Below are positions 54,711 through 63,710 of a stretch of 64,000 nt of DNA, in pieces. The position numbers and the translations under genes were made by a program. The DNA comes from Deltaproteobacteria bacterium (lineage in GTDB: Bacteria; Myxococcota_A; UBA9160; JAFDDA01), in contig JAFDDA010000020.1 in assembly GCA_019311105.1 (NCBI GenBank), forward strand, positions 14,550-78,549. The letters are read 5' to 3'. Position 1 is the first letter of the stretch, and each line of letters opens with the position of its first letter. Below the pieces are notes generated by a model, which made no database searches, was not told where the DNA came from, and saw only the letters and a list, made by a program, of their open reading frames with translations.

Positions 54711-55384
54711 ACCGCGGCTTGCAGCCGGGCGAGGCCCGAGACGAGGTCCGCCCCGACCTTCTGGCCGCCGCAGTCCTGAACGGTGCGCCACCAATGCGGC
54801 ATCGCGCGGCCGTCGTCCACGAGGAGAACGTTCCGGGCTGCGGTCGCGAACGGCTCGATGAAGTCGGGGGGCCGCGGGTCGCCCTCCATGCCGGCGCAGC
54901 AGGGGTCGCAGTCGCCTTCGTCGAAGGCCGCGGCTTGGGCCTCGGTCGGAATTCGGCGCTCGGTGTCGAGCGGGTCGGGCTGCGAACCCGAACCTTCCAG
55001 CCCCCGGCCCGGAAGGAGCAGGGAGCCCGGCACCTGCTCCGCGCGCGCGCCTGCGAGCATCAACCCGTACCAGGCGCCGAGCCCCGCGCCGGCCAGGACT
55101 GCCGAGCCGACCTCACGGAGCGCGGTGTCGGCGTCGCTGAGGAAGTGCTCGATGTGGTAGGAGCCGCCGCGCATCCACGCCGACTCGCCGTGGCCGCAGA
55201 AGTCGAGCGCGAACACCGGCCCCGGCCACGCGTCGACCTCGGTGGCCCAACCCGCGCTCGAGCCGTAGAGCTCGTGGAGCAGAAGGAGCGGTGTGCCCTC
55301 CCCTGCTTTTCGCTGGTGGAGCGCGAGCGTCACCCGGCCGTTTTGGAGCTTCCGCACCGTATCGCCCCCAACCTCCGCGCTCAC
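54707..55384 (-). CDS. Alpha/beta-hydrolase-fold protein lacking the nucleophile Ser (GAGLG in place of GxSxG)
   Basis: The GTG start overlaps the upstream TGA (GTGA at 55381-55384). It has the TPLLLLHELYGSS oxyanion region, but the nucleophile elbow reads LAGAGLGAW. Confidence 0.6.
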   Translation of the reverse strand: MSAEVGGDTVRKLQNGRVTLALHQRKAGEGTPLLLLHELYGSSAGWATEVDAWPGPVFALDFCGHGESAWMRGGSYHIEHFLSDADTALREVGSAVLAGAGLGAWYGLMLAGARAEQVPGSLLLPGRGLEGSGSQPDPLDTERRIPTEAQAAAFDEGDCDPCCAGMEGDPRPPDFIEPFATAARNVLLVDDGRAMPHWWRTVQDCGGQKVGADLVSGLARLQAAV

Positions 55385-56310
55385 GACTCGAGCCAATCGA
55401 GGAGCAGGCTCGCGGTCTCGGCGGGCTTCTCCACGTGGACGAAGTGTCCGGCGCCCTCGACCGTCACGCGCTCGAGGTTCGGGATGTGCGCGAGGCGCTC
55501 GGAGAGCAGCGGCTCGGGCAACGGGCCCCACGTGTCCGGCTCGGAACCGACCACCGCCAGCACCGGCATCTTCAAGACGGCCCACGCGGGCGCGATCCAG
55601 TCGGGCGAGAACGGCCCGATGAAGCGGCCCATGATCGGGTCGTGCTTCCAGTGCCAGCCGTCGGGCTCGAGGCGCGCGGCGTGCCACACGAAGAAGCGCA
55701 GCCACTCGCGGTCGAGCCTCGGGTTCTGGGCGAGCCGTCGCTCGACGAGGTCGTCGAGGCTCTTGTACGGACGCCAGGATTGGCGCTCCACACGCCGCCG
55801 ACGGGAGTCGAGGTTCTGGGCCATCCGCTCGGGGAGCGGCACGTCGGCTTCGGGCTCGGGCTCAGGGCCGAAGCCATCGATGTTCACGAGCTGGCGGACC
55901 CTCTCGGGCTCGATCCGGGCCGCGTCGGTGACCTGCCCCCCGCCCTTGCTGTGGCCCACCAGGTGGACCGGGCGACCCAAGGACGCGACGACATTCAGCA
56001 GGTCGTAGATGTCGATGCCCCAGCCGTAGGAGTCGGCCCAGCCAGAATCCCCGTGGCCGCGCGCATCCATCGCGATCACGCGGAAGCGCTCGGCCAGCAG
56101 CGGCCCCAGGGTCGCGAAGCTGCGAGCGTGGTCCCACATGCCGTGGGCCAGGACCACGGGCTGAGCCTCGGGATCCCCCCATTCCAGGGTATGGATCTCG
56201 ATGCCGTGGGACGGAATCTTGCGCGTCCGCTCGGGCGGCAGCGTTCCGGGGTACTCGGGTGCGGGGTCCACGGGGATCGACTCGGGGCGCGGGTTGGGAA
56301 ACGCGACCAT
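55381..56310 (-). CDS. Alpha/beta hydrolase
   Basis: PVVLAHGMWDHARSF, the nucleophile elbow LVGHSKGG, and the C-terminal GAGHFVHVEKP. Start trimmed to ATG 56310. Confidence 0.85.
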   Translation of the reverse strand: MVAFPNPRPESIPVDPAPEYPGTLPPERTRKIPSHGIEIHTLEWGDPEAQPVVLAHGMWDHARSFATLGPLLAERFRVIAMDARGHGDSGWADSYGWGIDIYDLLNVVASLGRPVHLVGHSKGGGQVTDAARIEPERVRQLVNIDGFGPEPEPEADVPLPERMAQNLDSRRRRVERQSWRPYKSLDDLVERRLAQNPRLDREWLRFFVWHAARLEPDGWHWKHDPIMGRFIGPFSPDWIAPAWAVLKMPVLAVVGSEPDTWGPLPEPLLSERLAHIPNLERVTVEGAGHFVHVEKPAETASLLLDWLES

Positions 56311-56389
56311 AGCGCACCGGTATCGAGCCGGGCGTGCCGGCATCGAAGCCCACGCGAACGCCAGCGAGGCCCGGCGGAGAGGATCGAAC

Positions 56390-57826
56390 ATGAGCGACCG
56401 AAGAGTGGATGTGGCCGTGATCGGGGCGGGCACCGCGGGCTTGAACGCGCGAAGCGCAGCCGCCAAGGCCGGAGCCAGCACAGTGCTGATCGAAGGCGGC
56501 ACCCACGGCACGACCTGCGCGCGGGTCGGCTGCATGCCCTCGAAGCTCCTGATCGCCGCAGCGGAGGCCGCCCACGGCGTGGCGGACGCCGGGCGCTTCG
56601 GGATCGAGGTGTCCGGCCCCGTGCGCGTGGACGGGCCCGCCGTTCTTGAGCGCGTTCGCCGCGAGCGCGACCGCTTCGTCGGCTTCGTGCTCGACTCCGT
56701 GGAGCGCATCCCACGGGAAGGCCGCCTCGATGGCCACGCCCGGTTCGTCGGCCCGACCTCGCTCGAGGTGGAAGGCCACGGCCGCGTCGATACGCGTGCC
56801 GTGGTGTTGGCCACCGGGAGTTCGCCTTTCATCCCACCGGCCCTCGACGCGATCCGCGAACACGTCCTCGTGAACGACGATGTCTTCGAGTTGCCCGATC
56901 TCCCGGAATCTCTGGCGGTGGTGGGGGCCGGCGTGATCGCGCTCGAACTCGGCCAGGCCTTCGCGCGGCTCGGCGTCCGCGTCTCGATCTTCGCGCGGTC
57001 ACAGAACTTCGCGGGCCTGACCGACCCCGCAGTGCGCGAATCCGCAGCCGTCGTCCTGGGCTGCGAGCTGACGATCCACCGCAGCGTGGCAATCGAGGTC
57101 TCCGGCGACCCCGAGGCGGGCTTTCGCGTCCGCTGGCGCACGCCCGACGGCGCAGCCGGTGAGGAGAGCTATCAGCACGTCCTCGCCGCTGCAGGCCGCA
57201 AGGCCAACCTGGCGGGGCTTGGCTTGGAACGCGCCGGGTTGGCGCTCGACGCCCGCGGACGCCTCGCCCACGACCCGGCGACACTCCAAGTGGGCTCCGC
57301 ACCGGTCTTCCTGGCGGGCGACGTGACCGCCGAGAAGGCCATCCTCCACGAAGCCGCCGACGAGGGCCGGCTCGCCGGCGCCAACGCGGCGCACTTCCCG
57401 AAGCTCGAGTCGCCCGCCCGCCGCGCACCGCTGTCGATCGCCTTCACCGAGCCCCAGATTGCGGGCGTCGGCGCGCGGTTCGCTGACCTCGACTTGGCCG
57501 GGGCCCGCGTCGGCGCGGTCGACTACGCCGACCAGGGCCGTGCGCGGGTCATGGGACGCAACGCGGGGGTGGTGAGGATCTACGGCGAGTGTGGGAGCGG
57601 CGTGTTGCTCGGTGCCGAGATGGTTGGCCCGAGGGTGGAGCACACGGCGCATCTGCTGGCCTGGGCGATCCAGTCCGGGCTGACGGTGGACGAGGCACTC
57701 GCGCGCCCCTTCTACCACCCGGTGATCGAAGAAGGGATCCAGACGGCTCTGCGCAACCTCGCCGCGGAGCTCGAGCATTGCCCGCCCCGAGAAGCGGGGG
57801 ACCTCGAGTGCGGGCCGGGGAACTAG
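56390..57826 (+). CDS. Dihydrolipoyl dehydrogenase-family FAD disulfide oxidoreductase
   Basis: GGAGAGGA SD. VAVIGAGTAGL FAD fold and the redox disulfide GTTCARVGCMPSK. Confidence 0.85.
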   Translation: MSDRRVDVAVIGAGTAGLNARSAAAKAGASTVLIEGGTHGTTCARVGCMPSKLLIAAAEAAHGVADAGRFGIEVSGPVRVDGPAVLERVRRERDRFVGFVLDSVERIPREGRLDGHARFVGPTSLEVEGHGRVDTRAVVLATGSSPFIPPALDAIREHVLVNDDVFELPDLPESLAVVGAGVIALELGQAFARLGVRVSIFARSQNFAGLTDPAVRESAAVVLGCELTIHRSVAIEVSGDPEAGFRVRWRTPDGAAGEESYQHVLAAAGRKANLAGLGLERAGLALDARGRLAHDPATLQVGSAPVFLAGDVTAEKAILHEAADEGRLAGANAAHFPKLESPARRAPLSIAFTEPQIAGVGARFADLDLAGARVGAVDYADQGRARVMGRNAGVVRIYGECGSGVLLGAEMVGPRVEHTAHLLAWAIQSGLTVDEALARPFYHPVIEEGIQTALRNLAAELEHCPPREAGDLECGPGN

Positions 57827-58245
57827 TGGACGAGTCGCGCGGCGATGCGGGCTGCCTGGTCTGCGAGGACGTCCGATGCGGCCTGGGTGCGGCCCTGTAG
57901 CGTGAGGGCCGAGCCCGCGTCGCGCGGCATGAGATGCATGTGGTAGTGGAAGACGGTCTGGCCGGCAGCCGCACCGTTCGCCTGGTAGACCGACAACCCG
58001 TCGGGCTCCCACTCCGCCTTCAACGCATCGGCGATGCGCTTCGACATCGCCCCGACGGCGGCGATCGCTTCGGGCGTCGCCTCGAAGACGTTCTCGAAAT
58101 GTTCCTTCGTCACCACGAGCGTGTGGCCTTCGGAGACCGGGAAGAGATCCATGAAGACGAGGGTCCGTTCGTCCTCCGTCACCTGGGCGCTCGGTGCCTC
58201 GCCCGCGACGATCTTGCAGAAGATGCAGTCGTCCTTGCGGTGCAC
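57823..58245 (-). CDS. HIT family hydrolase
   Basis: CIFCKIVAGE... and the histidine triad HYHMHLMPR. GTG start. Confidence 0.9.
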   Translation of the reverse strand: MHRKDDCIFCKIVAGEAPSAQVTEDERTLVFMDLFPVSEGHTLVVTKEHFENVFEATPEAIAAVGAMSKRIADALKAEWEPDGLSVYQANGAAAGQTVFHYHMHLMPRDAGSALTLQGRTQAASDVLADQAARIAARLVH

Positions 58246-58556
58246 TAGGCACCCGCCGCGATGGAGCGCACCCGCTGGACCGTCGGCGGCTCGGAGCCCA
58301 TGGGCATCAAGGCCCCGACGGCGGCCTGCAGCGACTCCTGGCCAAGGTGAACGGCCAGGGAGGCCTCATCCTCCCAGGTCTCGATCATGGCGAAGCGCGT
58401 CGGGTCGGCCTGGTCCTGACAGAGGTCGTATTCGATGCAACCCGGCTCGGCGAGGGTCGGCTCGACCATCGTCCGGCGTGCGGCCCCGATGAATTCGTCG
58501 ACGCATTCGGGCTTGATCGCAAACCGGGCCACGACACGGATCTTCGCTTCTGCCAT
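58245..58556 (-). CDS. Antibiotic-biosynthesis-monooxygenase (ABM/YgiN-like) domain protein
   Basis: IRVVARFAIKPECVDEF...EPGCIEYDLCQDQADPTRFAMIETWEDEASLAVH. Start trimmed to ATG 58556. Confidence 0.8.
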   Translation of the reverse strand: MAEAKIRVVARFAIKPECVDEFIGAARRTMVEPTLAEPGCIEYDLCQDQADPTRFAMIETWEDEASLAVHLGQESLQAAVGALMPMGSEPPTVQRVRSIAAGA

Positions 58557-58598
58557 TCTGGGGTCTCCTCTCGCTTCGAAGGGAACGGAGTCTACCCC

Positions 58599-59003
58599 AT
58601 GAATACCACCGCTCGGAGCGCGCTCGACCAGGAGCGCTATGTCAGCCTCGTAACCTATCGCAAGACCGGACGTGCCGTGGCAACACCGGTCTGGTTCGCT
58701 CTCGCCGGCGAACGCTTCTACGTCTTCACCGAGGCCGACGCCGGCAAGGTCAAGCGTTTGCGCAACGACGCGCGTGTGCAGCTCTCGGGGTGCAACGTGC
58801 GCGGCAAGGTGCACGGAGCGCCCTACGACGGGCGAGCCGCGGTGACCGACACACCCGAATCCATCGCCCGCGCCTATGACGCCTTGCGCGCGAAGTATGG
58901 CTGGCAGATGCGCGTGACGAATCTCTTCTCGCGCCTCGCCGGGCGGATCGACGGGCGTGCGATGCTCGAGATCGAAGTCGACGGGCCCGCGTCCACCGGC
59001 TGA
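58599..59003 (+). CDS. Pyridoxamine 5'-phosphate oxidase (PPOX) family protein
   Basis: YVSLVTYRKTGRAVATPVWFALAGERFYVFTEADAGKVKRLRNDARVQL, 134 aa. Confidence 0.8.
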   Translation: MNTTARSALDQERYVSLVTYRKTGRAVATPVWFALAGERFYVFTEADAGKVKRLRNDARVQLSGCNVRGKVHGAPYDGRAAVTDTPESIARAYDALRAKYGWQMRVTNLFSRLAGRIDGRAMLEIEVDGPASTG

Positions 59004-59154
59004 TCACGCCAGCGCTGGGGGCCGCCCGACCGGGGCGGCTATGCCGAAAATTTCGTGGTGGGTCGTCTCCTTCCACGGCCAAGTGGCCTCGCCTTCCCAC
59101 CTCGCGCGCTGGCACGGCCCTTGCTCTCCAAGGCCCCGAACCTGGGATTTGGGG

Positions 59155-59847
59155 ATGACCATGCCGAACCATGCCCGCACCGTTCTTGCCTCCCTGGCCG
59201 CGCTCCTGCTCTGCTCCGGCCAGGCCGAGGCCACCACACAGTGGACACTCGACCTGGCTCCGAGCTGGGGATGGAACTGAGACAGCCCGTCCTTCACCGT
59301 GACCAATACCTCCACCGCCGGCGAGACGCTGACCGCGCTCCGCATCACCATCGGCGAGACCTCGTTCAACTTCGATGCGGTGGGCGCAGCCGACCCGAGC
59401 GAGGCGACGGTCGGTGCGAGCCTGCTTTCGCCCGACCGCCTCGGGAACAACATCTGGACTCCGGGCGGCACGAGCGACCTGCTCTCCTGGAGCTTCAGCG
59501 ACTTCCAGGCGGGCGAGAGTTTCGACTTCTCGGTCGACCTCGACATCGACGGCGCGTTCCTCGGAAGCTGGGTGGATACGCGCCTCGTCCTCTTCAACAA
59601 CGACTTCCCGTTCAGCGACCCGAACGCGTTGCTGAGCGCAACGTTCTCGGATGGCTCGGTGGCCGCGTTTACCCTGCCCGACGGCTTCCTGTCCGCGAGC
59701 TACTCATTCTCGATCGGCCCCGGCACCGGCGGCAGCTCGGCGAGCGGCGGGGCATCGGTCCCCGAACCGGAGGTCTTCCTGCTGATGGGGATCGGCCTGC
59801 TGGGCCTCGCCTGGTTCGGCGAGCCGCGGCGGCCGTCGAACCCCTAG
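59155..59847 (+). pseudogene. PEP-CTERM sorting-domain protein interrupted by an in-frame TGA at 59278-59280
   Basis: The signal peptide MTMPNHARTVLASLAALLLCSGQAEA (ORF ending 59280) and the body ending VPEPEVFLLMGIGLLGLAWFGEPRR (ORF 59299-59847) are in the same frame, separated only by a TGA. Confidence 0.7.
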
Positions 59848-59875
59848 GGCGGTGGCCCTCGAACCGTAGGCCCGC

Positions 59876-59998
59876 CTACTCGAACGCCTCGCGGATCTCC
59901 TTGCGAGCTTCGGACTCTTCGGGCTCCGATGAGCCCCCGGCACACGCCGAGACAGCCAGCGCCGCCGCGACGAAGACGACCCAAGCGCTTCGCCTCAT
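59876..59998 (-). CDS. 40-aa lipoprotein (hypothetical), below the ORF-track length cutoff
   Basis: MRRSAWVVFVAAALAVSACAGGSSEPEESEARKEIREAFE. It has a good lipobox (VSAC), and its ATG overlaps the TGA of the acyl-CoA synthetase (ATGA at 59995-59998). Confidence 0.35.
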   Translation of the reverse strand: MRRSAWVVFVAAALAVSACAGGSSEPEESEARKEIREAFE

Positions 59999-61623
59999 GA
60001 CTCCCTCTCCTCTTGGTCGAAGAGCGGAAGGAGCGCCGCTTTCACGACCTTGTTCATGGCGTTCCGCGGGAGCCCGCTCACCGCGACGATCTCATCCGGG
60101 ACCTTGTAGCGCGCCACCCTCTCGCCGCAGCGCGCTCGCAGCCCCGGCACGTCGAGACCGACGCCGGGCACCAGCTGCACCGCCGCGACCACGCGTTCGC
60201 CCAGCCGTGCATCGGGGACGCCGAGCACCGCACTCGCCGCAACGGCCGGGTCGGCCTGGAGGGCGCGTTCCACCTCGGCCGGGTACACGTTGGCCCCACC
60301 GCGCAGGATCAGCTCGTTGCGGCGACCTCGCAGGAAGAGGTTGCCGTCGTCGTCGAGTTCGCCGAGGTCGCCCGTGTGGAGGATGTCTCCCGCGAGCGCG
60401 GCCTCGGTTTCCTCTGCCCGGTTCCAGTAGCCGAGCATCGGCGTGAAGACTCCGGCGAAGGGGCCGGCCTCGGCCGGTGCCACGCAGACCTCGCCGGTCT
60501 CGCCCGTAGGCAACTCGGCCCCGTCATCGCCGAGGATGTGGATCTCGACCTGGGGTTGGGCGCGCCCGCAGAGCCCGGCACGAGCGGGCTCGTCGGGGTC
60601 GGTGCGCGTGACCGAGGTCGGCGCCTCGGTCATCCCATAGCCGATCTCCACGCCCTTCCCGAAGCGCTCTCGATAGAGATCGAGGAAGGCGGGCGGGCAG
60701 TCAGCGCCACCGATCTCGGGCGCCTGCAAGCTCTCGAGGTCTTCGCGTGTGACGTCGGGGTGCGTCAGCAAGTCGTAGAGCACGGTCGGCACGGCGGCAA
60801 AGTGGCCGACCCTCTCCTCCCGAACCCAGCCTGCGAGCCCGACGGGATCGATGCGATCGACCGCGATGCAGGGGGCTCCGAGCTGGAAAGCCACACAGGG
60901 CGCGAGCACCACGATGTTCAGGATGGTGAGCGGCAACACCGCAGCGTGTCGAGTGCCCTCGGGATATCGACCCGCCGCGCGGGCCACGGCACCGGGAAGA
61001 AGCAGGTTGTGCTGGCTGTGAACCGCGCCCTTGGGCTGGCCGGTCGTACCGCTGGTGTAGGCGATGGCCGCCGGTGCGAACGGGTCGATGGCCGATGTGT
61101 CCAGACGCTGAGCGAGGGAGGCGGCGCACCAGTCGCGCCACGGGTCGCTGGCCTCGCCCGGGCTGCACACGAACGTGTCCCGGAGTTCTGGCAACTCGGC
61201 GGCGTGTGCGCTGAGGCCCGCGATCGCATCTTGGCTGGCCACGAAGACCTCGGCACCGCTGTCCGCGAGCAACATCGCTTTCTCGGGGGGCGCGAGCGCC
61301 GCGTTCACGCCGACCCACACGGCCCCCAGGCGCTGGCTCGCGAGGAAGGCAACGACGAGCTCGGCCGAGTTGGGGAGACAACAGGCGACCCGGGTGCCCA
61401 CCTCGGCGCCCAGGGCGGCGAGCGCGTTGGCGGTGCGGCTCACCTCGGCATCGAGCTCGACGAAGGAAAAGCGGGCGCCGCGGCCGACCAAGGCCTCTCG
61501 ATCCGGGTGGGCGGCCAGCGGGCGGTCGAGGATCTCGGCCACGGTCTGCGGCCCGCCACCCGGGATTTCGGGGCGGCGGTCCGACGGCCGGAGGTCGAGT
61601 GCTCTCAGATCGACGGGCAGCAC
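59995..61623 (-). CDS. AMP-dependent acyl-CoA synthetase/ligase
   Basis: AYTSGTTGQPKGAVHS and GYGMTE motifs. The start is uncertain (GTG 61623; an internal GTG at 61542 is possible). Confidence 0.9.
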   Translation of the reverse strand: MLPVDLRALDLRPSDRRPEIPGGGPQTVAEILDRPLAAHPDREALVGRGARFSFVELDAEVSRTANALAALGAEVGTRVACCLPNSAELVVAFLASQRLGAVWVGVNAALAPPEKAMLLADSGAEVFVASQDAIAGLSAHAAELPELRDTFVCSPGEASDPWRDWCAASLAQRLDTSAIDPFAPAAIAYTSGTTGQPKGAVHSQHNLLLPGAVARAAGRYPEGTRHAAVLPLTILNIVVLAPCVAFQLGAPCIAVDRIDPVGLAGWVREERVGHFAAVPTVLYDLLTHPDVTREDLESLQAPEIGGADCPPAFLDLYRERFGKGVEIGYGMTEAPTSVTRTDPDEPARAGLCGRAQPQVEIHILGDDGAELPTGETGEVCVAPAEAGPFAGVFTPMLGYWNRAEETEAALAGDILHTGDLGELDDDGNLFLRGRRNELILRGGANVYPAEVERALQADPAVAASAVLGVPDARLGERVVAAVQLVPGVGLDVPGLRARCGERVARYKVPDEIVAVSGLPRNAMNKVVKAALLPLFDQEERES

Positions 61624-61683
61624 GCGCGGATGATCCCTTTTGGAACGGGGGGTTGTAAAGCGTCATGCGGATTCGTCGGGAAT

Positions 61684-61719
61684 AGTACGAACGTTCTTGA
61701 TTTAGAGTACGATCGTACT
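61684..61719. promoter_or_regulatory. Candidate TetR operator(s) in an AT-rich divergent promoter
   Basis: Perfect 14-bp palindrome AGTACGATCGTACT at 61706-61719. The half-site AGTACGA repeats at 61684-61690, next to the palindrome GAACGTTC at 61689-61696. Confidence 0.5.
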
Positions 61720-61731
61720 ATTCTATTCTTC

Positions 61732-62382
61732 ATGCCTCCTTCCCCCCACCGCAACGGACGGGAACGAGCCGGCGACCGGCGACGGCGCGAGATCCTCGCC
61801 GCAGCCGCCGACGTCGCCACGGCCGAGGGGCTCGAAGGCCTCTCCATCGCCGGCCTCGCCCGCGAGGTCGGCATGAGCAAGAGCGGTGTCGCAGCGCACT
61901 TCGACTCCAAGGAAGATCTCCAGCTCCACGCCATCACGCGCGCCGCAGCAGGCTATGCAGAGCACGTGATCGCGCCACCCGCCGGCGCCGAGCCGGGGGT
62001 CGCGCGAGTCCGCGCGATGATGGAGGCGTGGATCGGCTATGTGGAAGGCGTCGAATACCGCGGCGGCTGCTTCTTCGCTTCGGCCGGCGCCGAGTTCTCA
62101 GCCCGGCCCGGCGCCGTGCGCAACCTCGTGGCCGAGCACACGGCGAGCTGGATCCGCGCCCTCGAGAGCGAGATCCGCACCGCGACCCGGCTGGGCGAAC
62201 TCGGCCCACACACGGATGAACGCCTGCTCGCGTTCCATCTTCACGCTCTCGTCCAGGAGGCCAACCTGCGGCGCGGGCTCCTCGACGACGACGGCGCCTT
62301 CGACGACGCCCGCGCCCTGCTCGCCTCGGCCCTCGTCGACGCGGCAAACGATGCGCCCACCCCTCAAGGAGACCGGACATGA
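61732..62382 (+). CDS. TetR/AcrR family transcriptional regulator
   Basis: HTH block REILAAAADVATAEGLEGLSIAGLAREVGMSKSGVAAHF. ATG 61732 has no SD. Confidence 0.9.
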   Translation: MPPSPHRNGRERAGDRRRREILAAAADVATAEGLEGLSIAGLAREVGMSKSGVAAHFDSKEDLQLHAITRAAAGYAEHVIAPPAGAEPGVARVRAMMEAWIGYVEGVEYRGGCFFASAGAEFSARPGAVRNLVAEHTASWIRALESEIRTATRLGELGPHTDERLLAFHLHALVQEANLRRGLLDDDGAFDDARALLASALVDAANDAPTPQGDRT

Positions 62383-62786
62383 GCGATCGACAGAACCTGC
62401 TTCGGAACAGCCTGCGTGGGAACGCTGCCTTCTCGACCCTCTCGGGCCTCGCCTTCGTACTCGGCGCCGACGCCGTCGCGGGAGCCATCGGCCTCGGCGA
62501 CGCGCGCATCCTGACCGTGACCGGCGTGCAGCTACTCGGGTTTGCCGCCCTGCTCGTCTACCTCGCCTCGCGTGCGACGCTCCACCTGCCGACGGCGATG
62601 CTGATCGTGTGGGCCGATCTCGCCTGGGTAGTCGGAACCATCCCGGTCGTCGCACTGGACGTCCTGAACCGAACGGGCTCGATCGGCGCCGTCGCCATCG
62701 CGGACGGGGTGCTGCTCTTTGCCGTGCTCCAGTACCTGGGCGTACGCCGGATCCGCGGCGAGCGCGCCGTCGCCGCCGCGAGCTAG
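62379..62786 (+). CDS. Hypothetical 4-TM membrane protein co-transcribed with the TetR gene
   Basis: ATGA overlap with the TetR stop. Four hydrophobic segments. I recognise no family. Confidence 0.6.
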   Translation: MSDRQNLLRNSLRGNAAFSTLSGLAFVLGADAVAGAIGLGDARILTVTGVQLLGFAALLVYLASRATLHLPTAMLIVWADLAWVVGTIPVVALDVLNRTGSIGAVAIADGVLLFAVLQYLGVRRIRGERAVAAAS

Positions 62787-62894
62787 CGCCATGCCCGATG
62801 GAAAGCGTTGGCCTGCGAAAGGACGGGTTCGACGTCTCCCTGGGCGGACCGATCTGGTTCTTTCAGCTCGCGCCGCGCAAGGCCGAAGGCAACG

Positions 62895-63646
62895 TCAGAC
62901 CGCCTGGGCTCCACCGCGAAGCGCCGCGCGCATCTCGCGTGCGGTCTGTCGCGAGCCATCCGGGCTCCAGCCCGGCGGGCGCAGCACGTAGCCCACGCGG
63001 TCACGCCAGGTACTCGCGCGCCACACGTCCCGGGCCATCGCCACCCACTCGTGGAAGGCGATCGTGATCGGGTCGAAGCGTTCGAGGTTCTTCGTCAGGC
63101 CGTAGGTCACGGGCGCGCGCTCGGGCTCGAAGGTGCCAAAGAGGCGATCCCAGACGATCAGGATCCCCGCGTGGTTGCGGTCGAGATACTGGACGTTGGT
63201 GCCGTGGTGGACCCGGTGGTGCGAAGGCGTGCTGAAGACCACCTCGAACCAGGCGGGCATGCGATCGATCAACTCGGTGTGGATCCAGAACTGATAGAGC
63301 AGATTCACCGAACTCACGGTCAGCAACAGCATCGGGTCGAAACCGAGCAGCGGCAGCGGCCAATAGAAGAAGTAGTGCGTGAACCAGCCCGTCCAGGTCT
63401 GACGCAGGGCCGTCGAGAGGTGTAGTGCTGGCTCGAGTGGTGGGTGACGTGGGCCGCCCAGAAGAAGCGCACCTCGTGGCCCACGCGGTATTGCCAGTAG
63501 TAGACGAAATCCTCGACCACGAGGGCCAGGAAGAAGACCGCGACCCCGGTCCCCAACTCGAAAACGCGGAACCGATAGAGCCAGTAGAAGACCGCGAGCT
63601 TCATCCCCTTGGTCACGAGGCTGATCACGACGTTGCCGATGCTCAT
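62895..63646 (-). pseudogene. Fatty acid hydroxylase/sterol desaturase family protein with a frameshift near 63419-63424
   Basis: ORF 63320-63646 carries the His box HEVRFFWAAHVTHHSSQHY. The family continuation LSTALRQTWTGWFTHYFFYW...HHRVHHG...WDRLFGTF is in the -1 frame (ORF 62895-63332 and its open upstream extension). Confidence 0.7.
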
Positions 63647-63710
63647 GGTGAGGCTCGCAGGCCTTAACCTTCCGATTTTTCAGGAGTTTTACCTCCCTGC
63701 CTTTTCTGAT

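Noticed and set aside
59278-59340. Selenocysteine decoding of the in-frame TGA in the PEP-CTERM gene
   Set aside because: There is no convincing stem-loop at the SECIS position downstream of the TGA, no Cys-containing redox context, and no sel genes in the window. A nonsense mutation or sequencing error is more economical.
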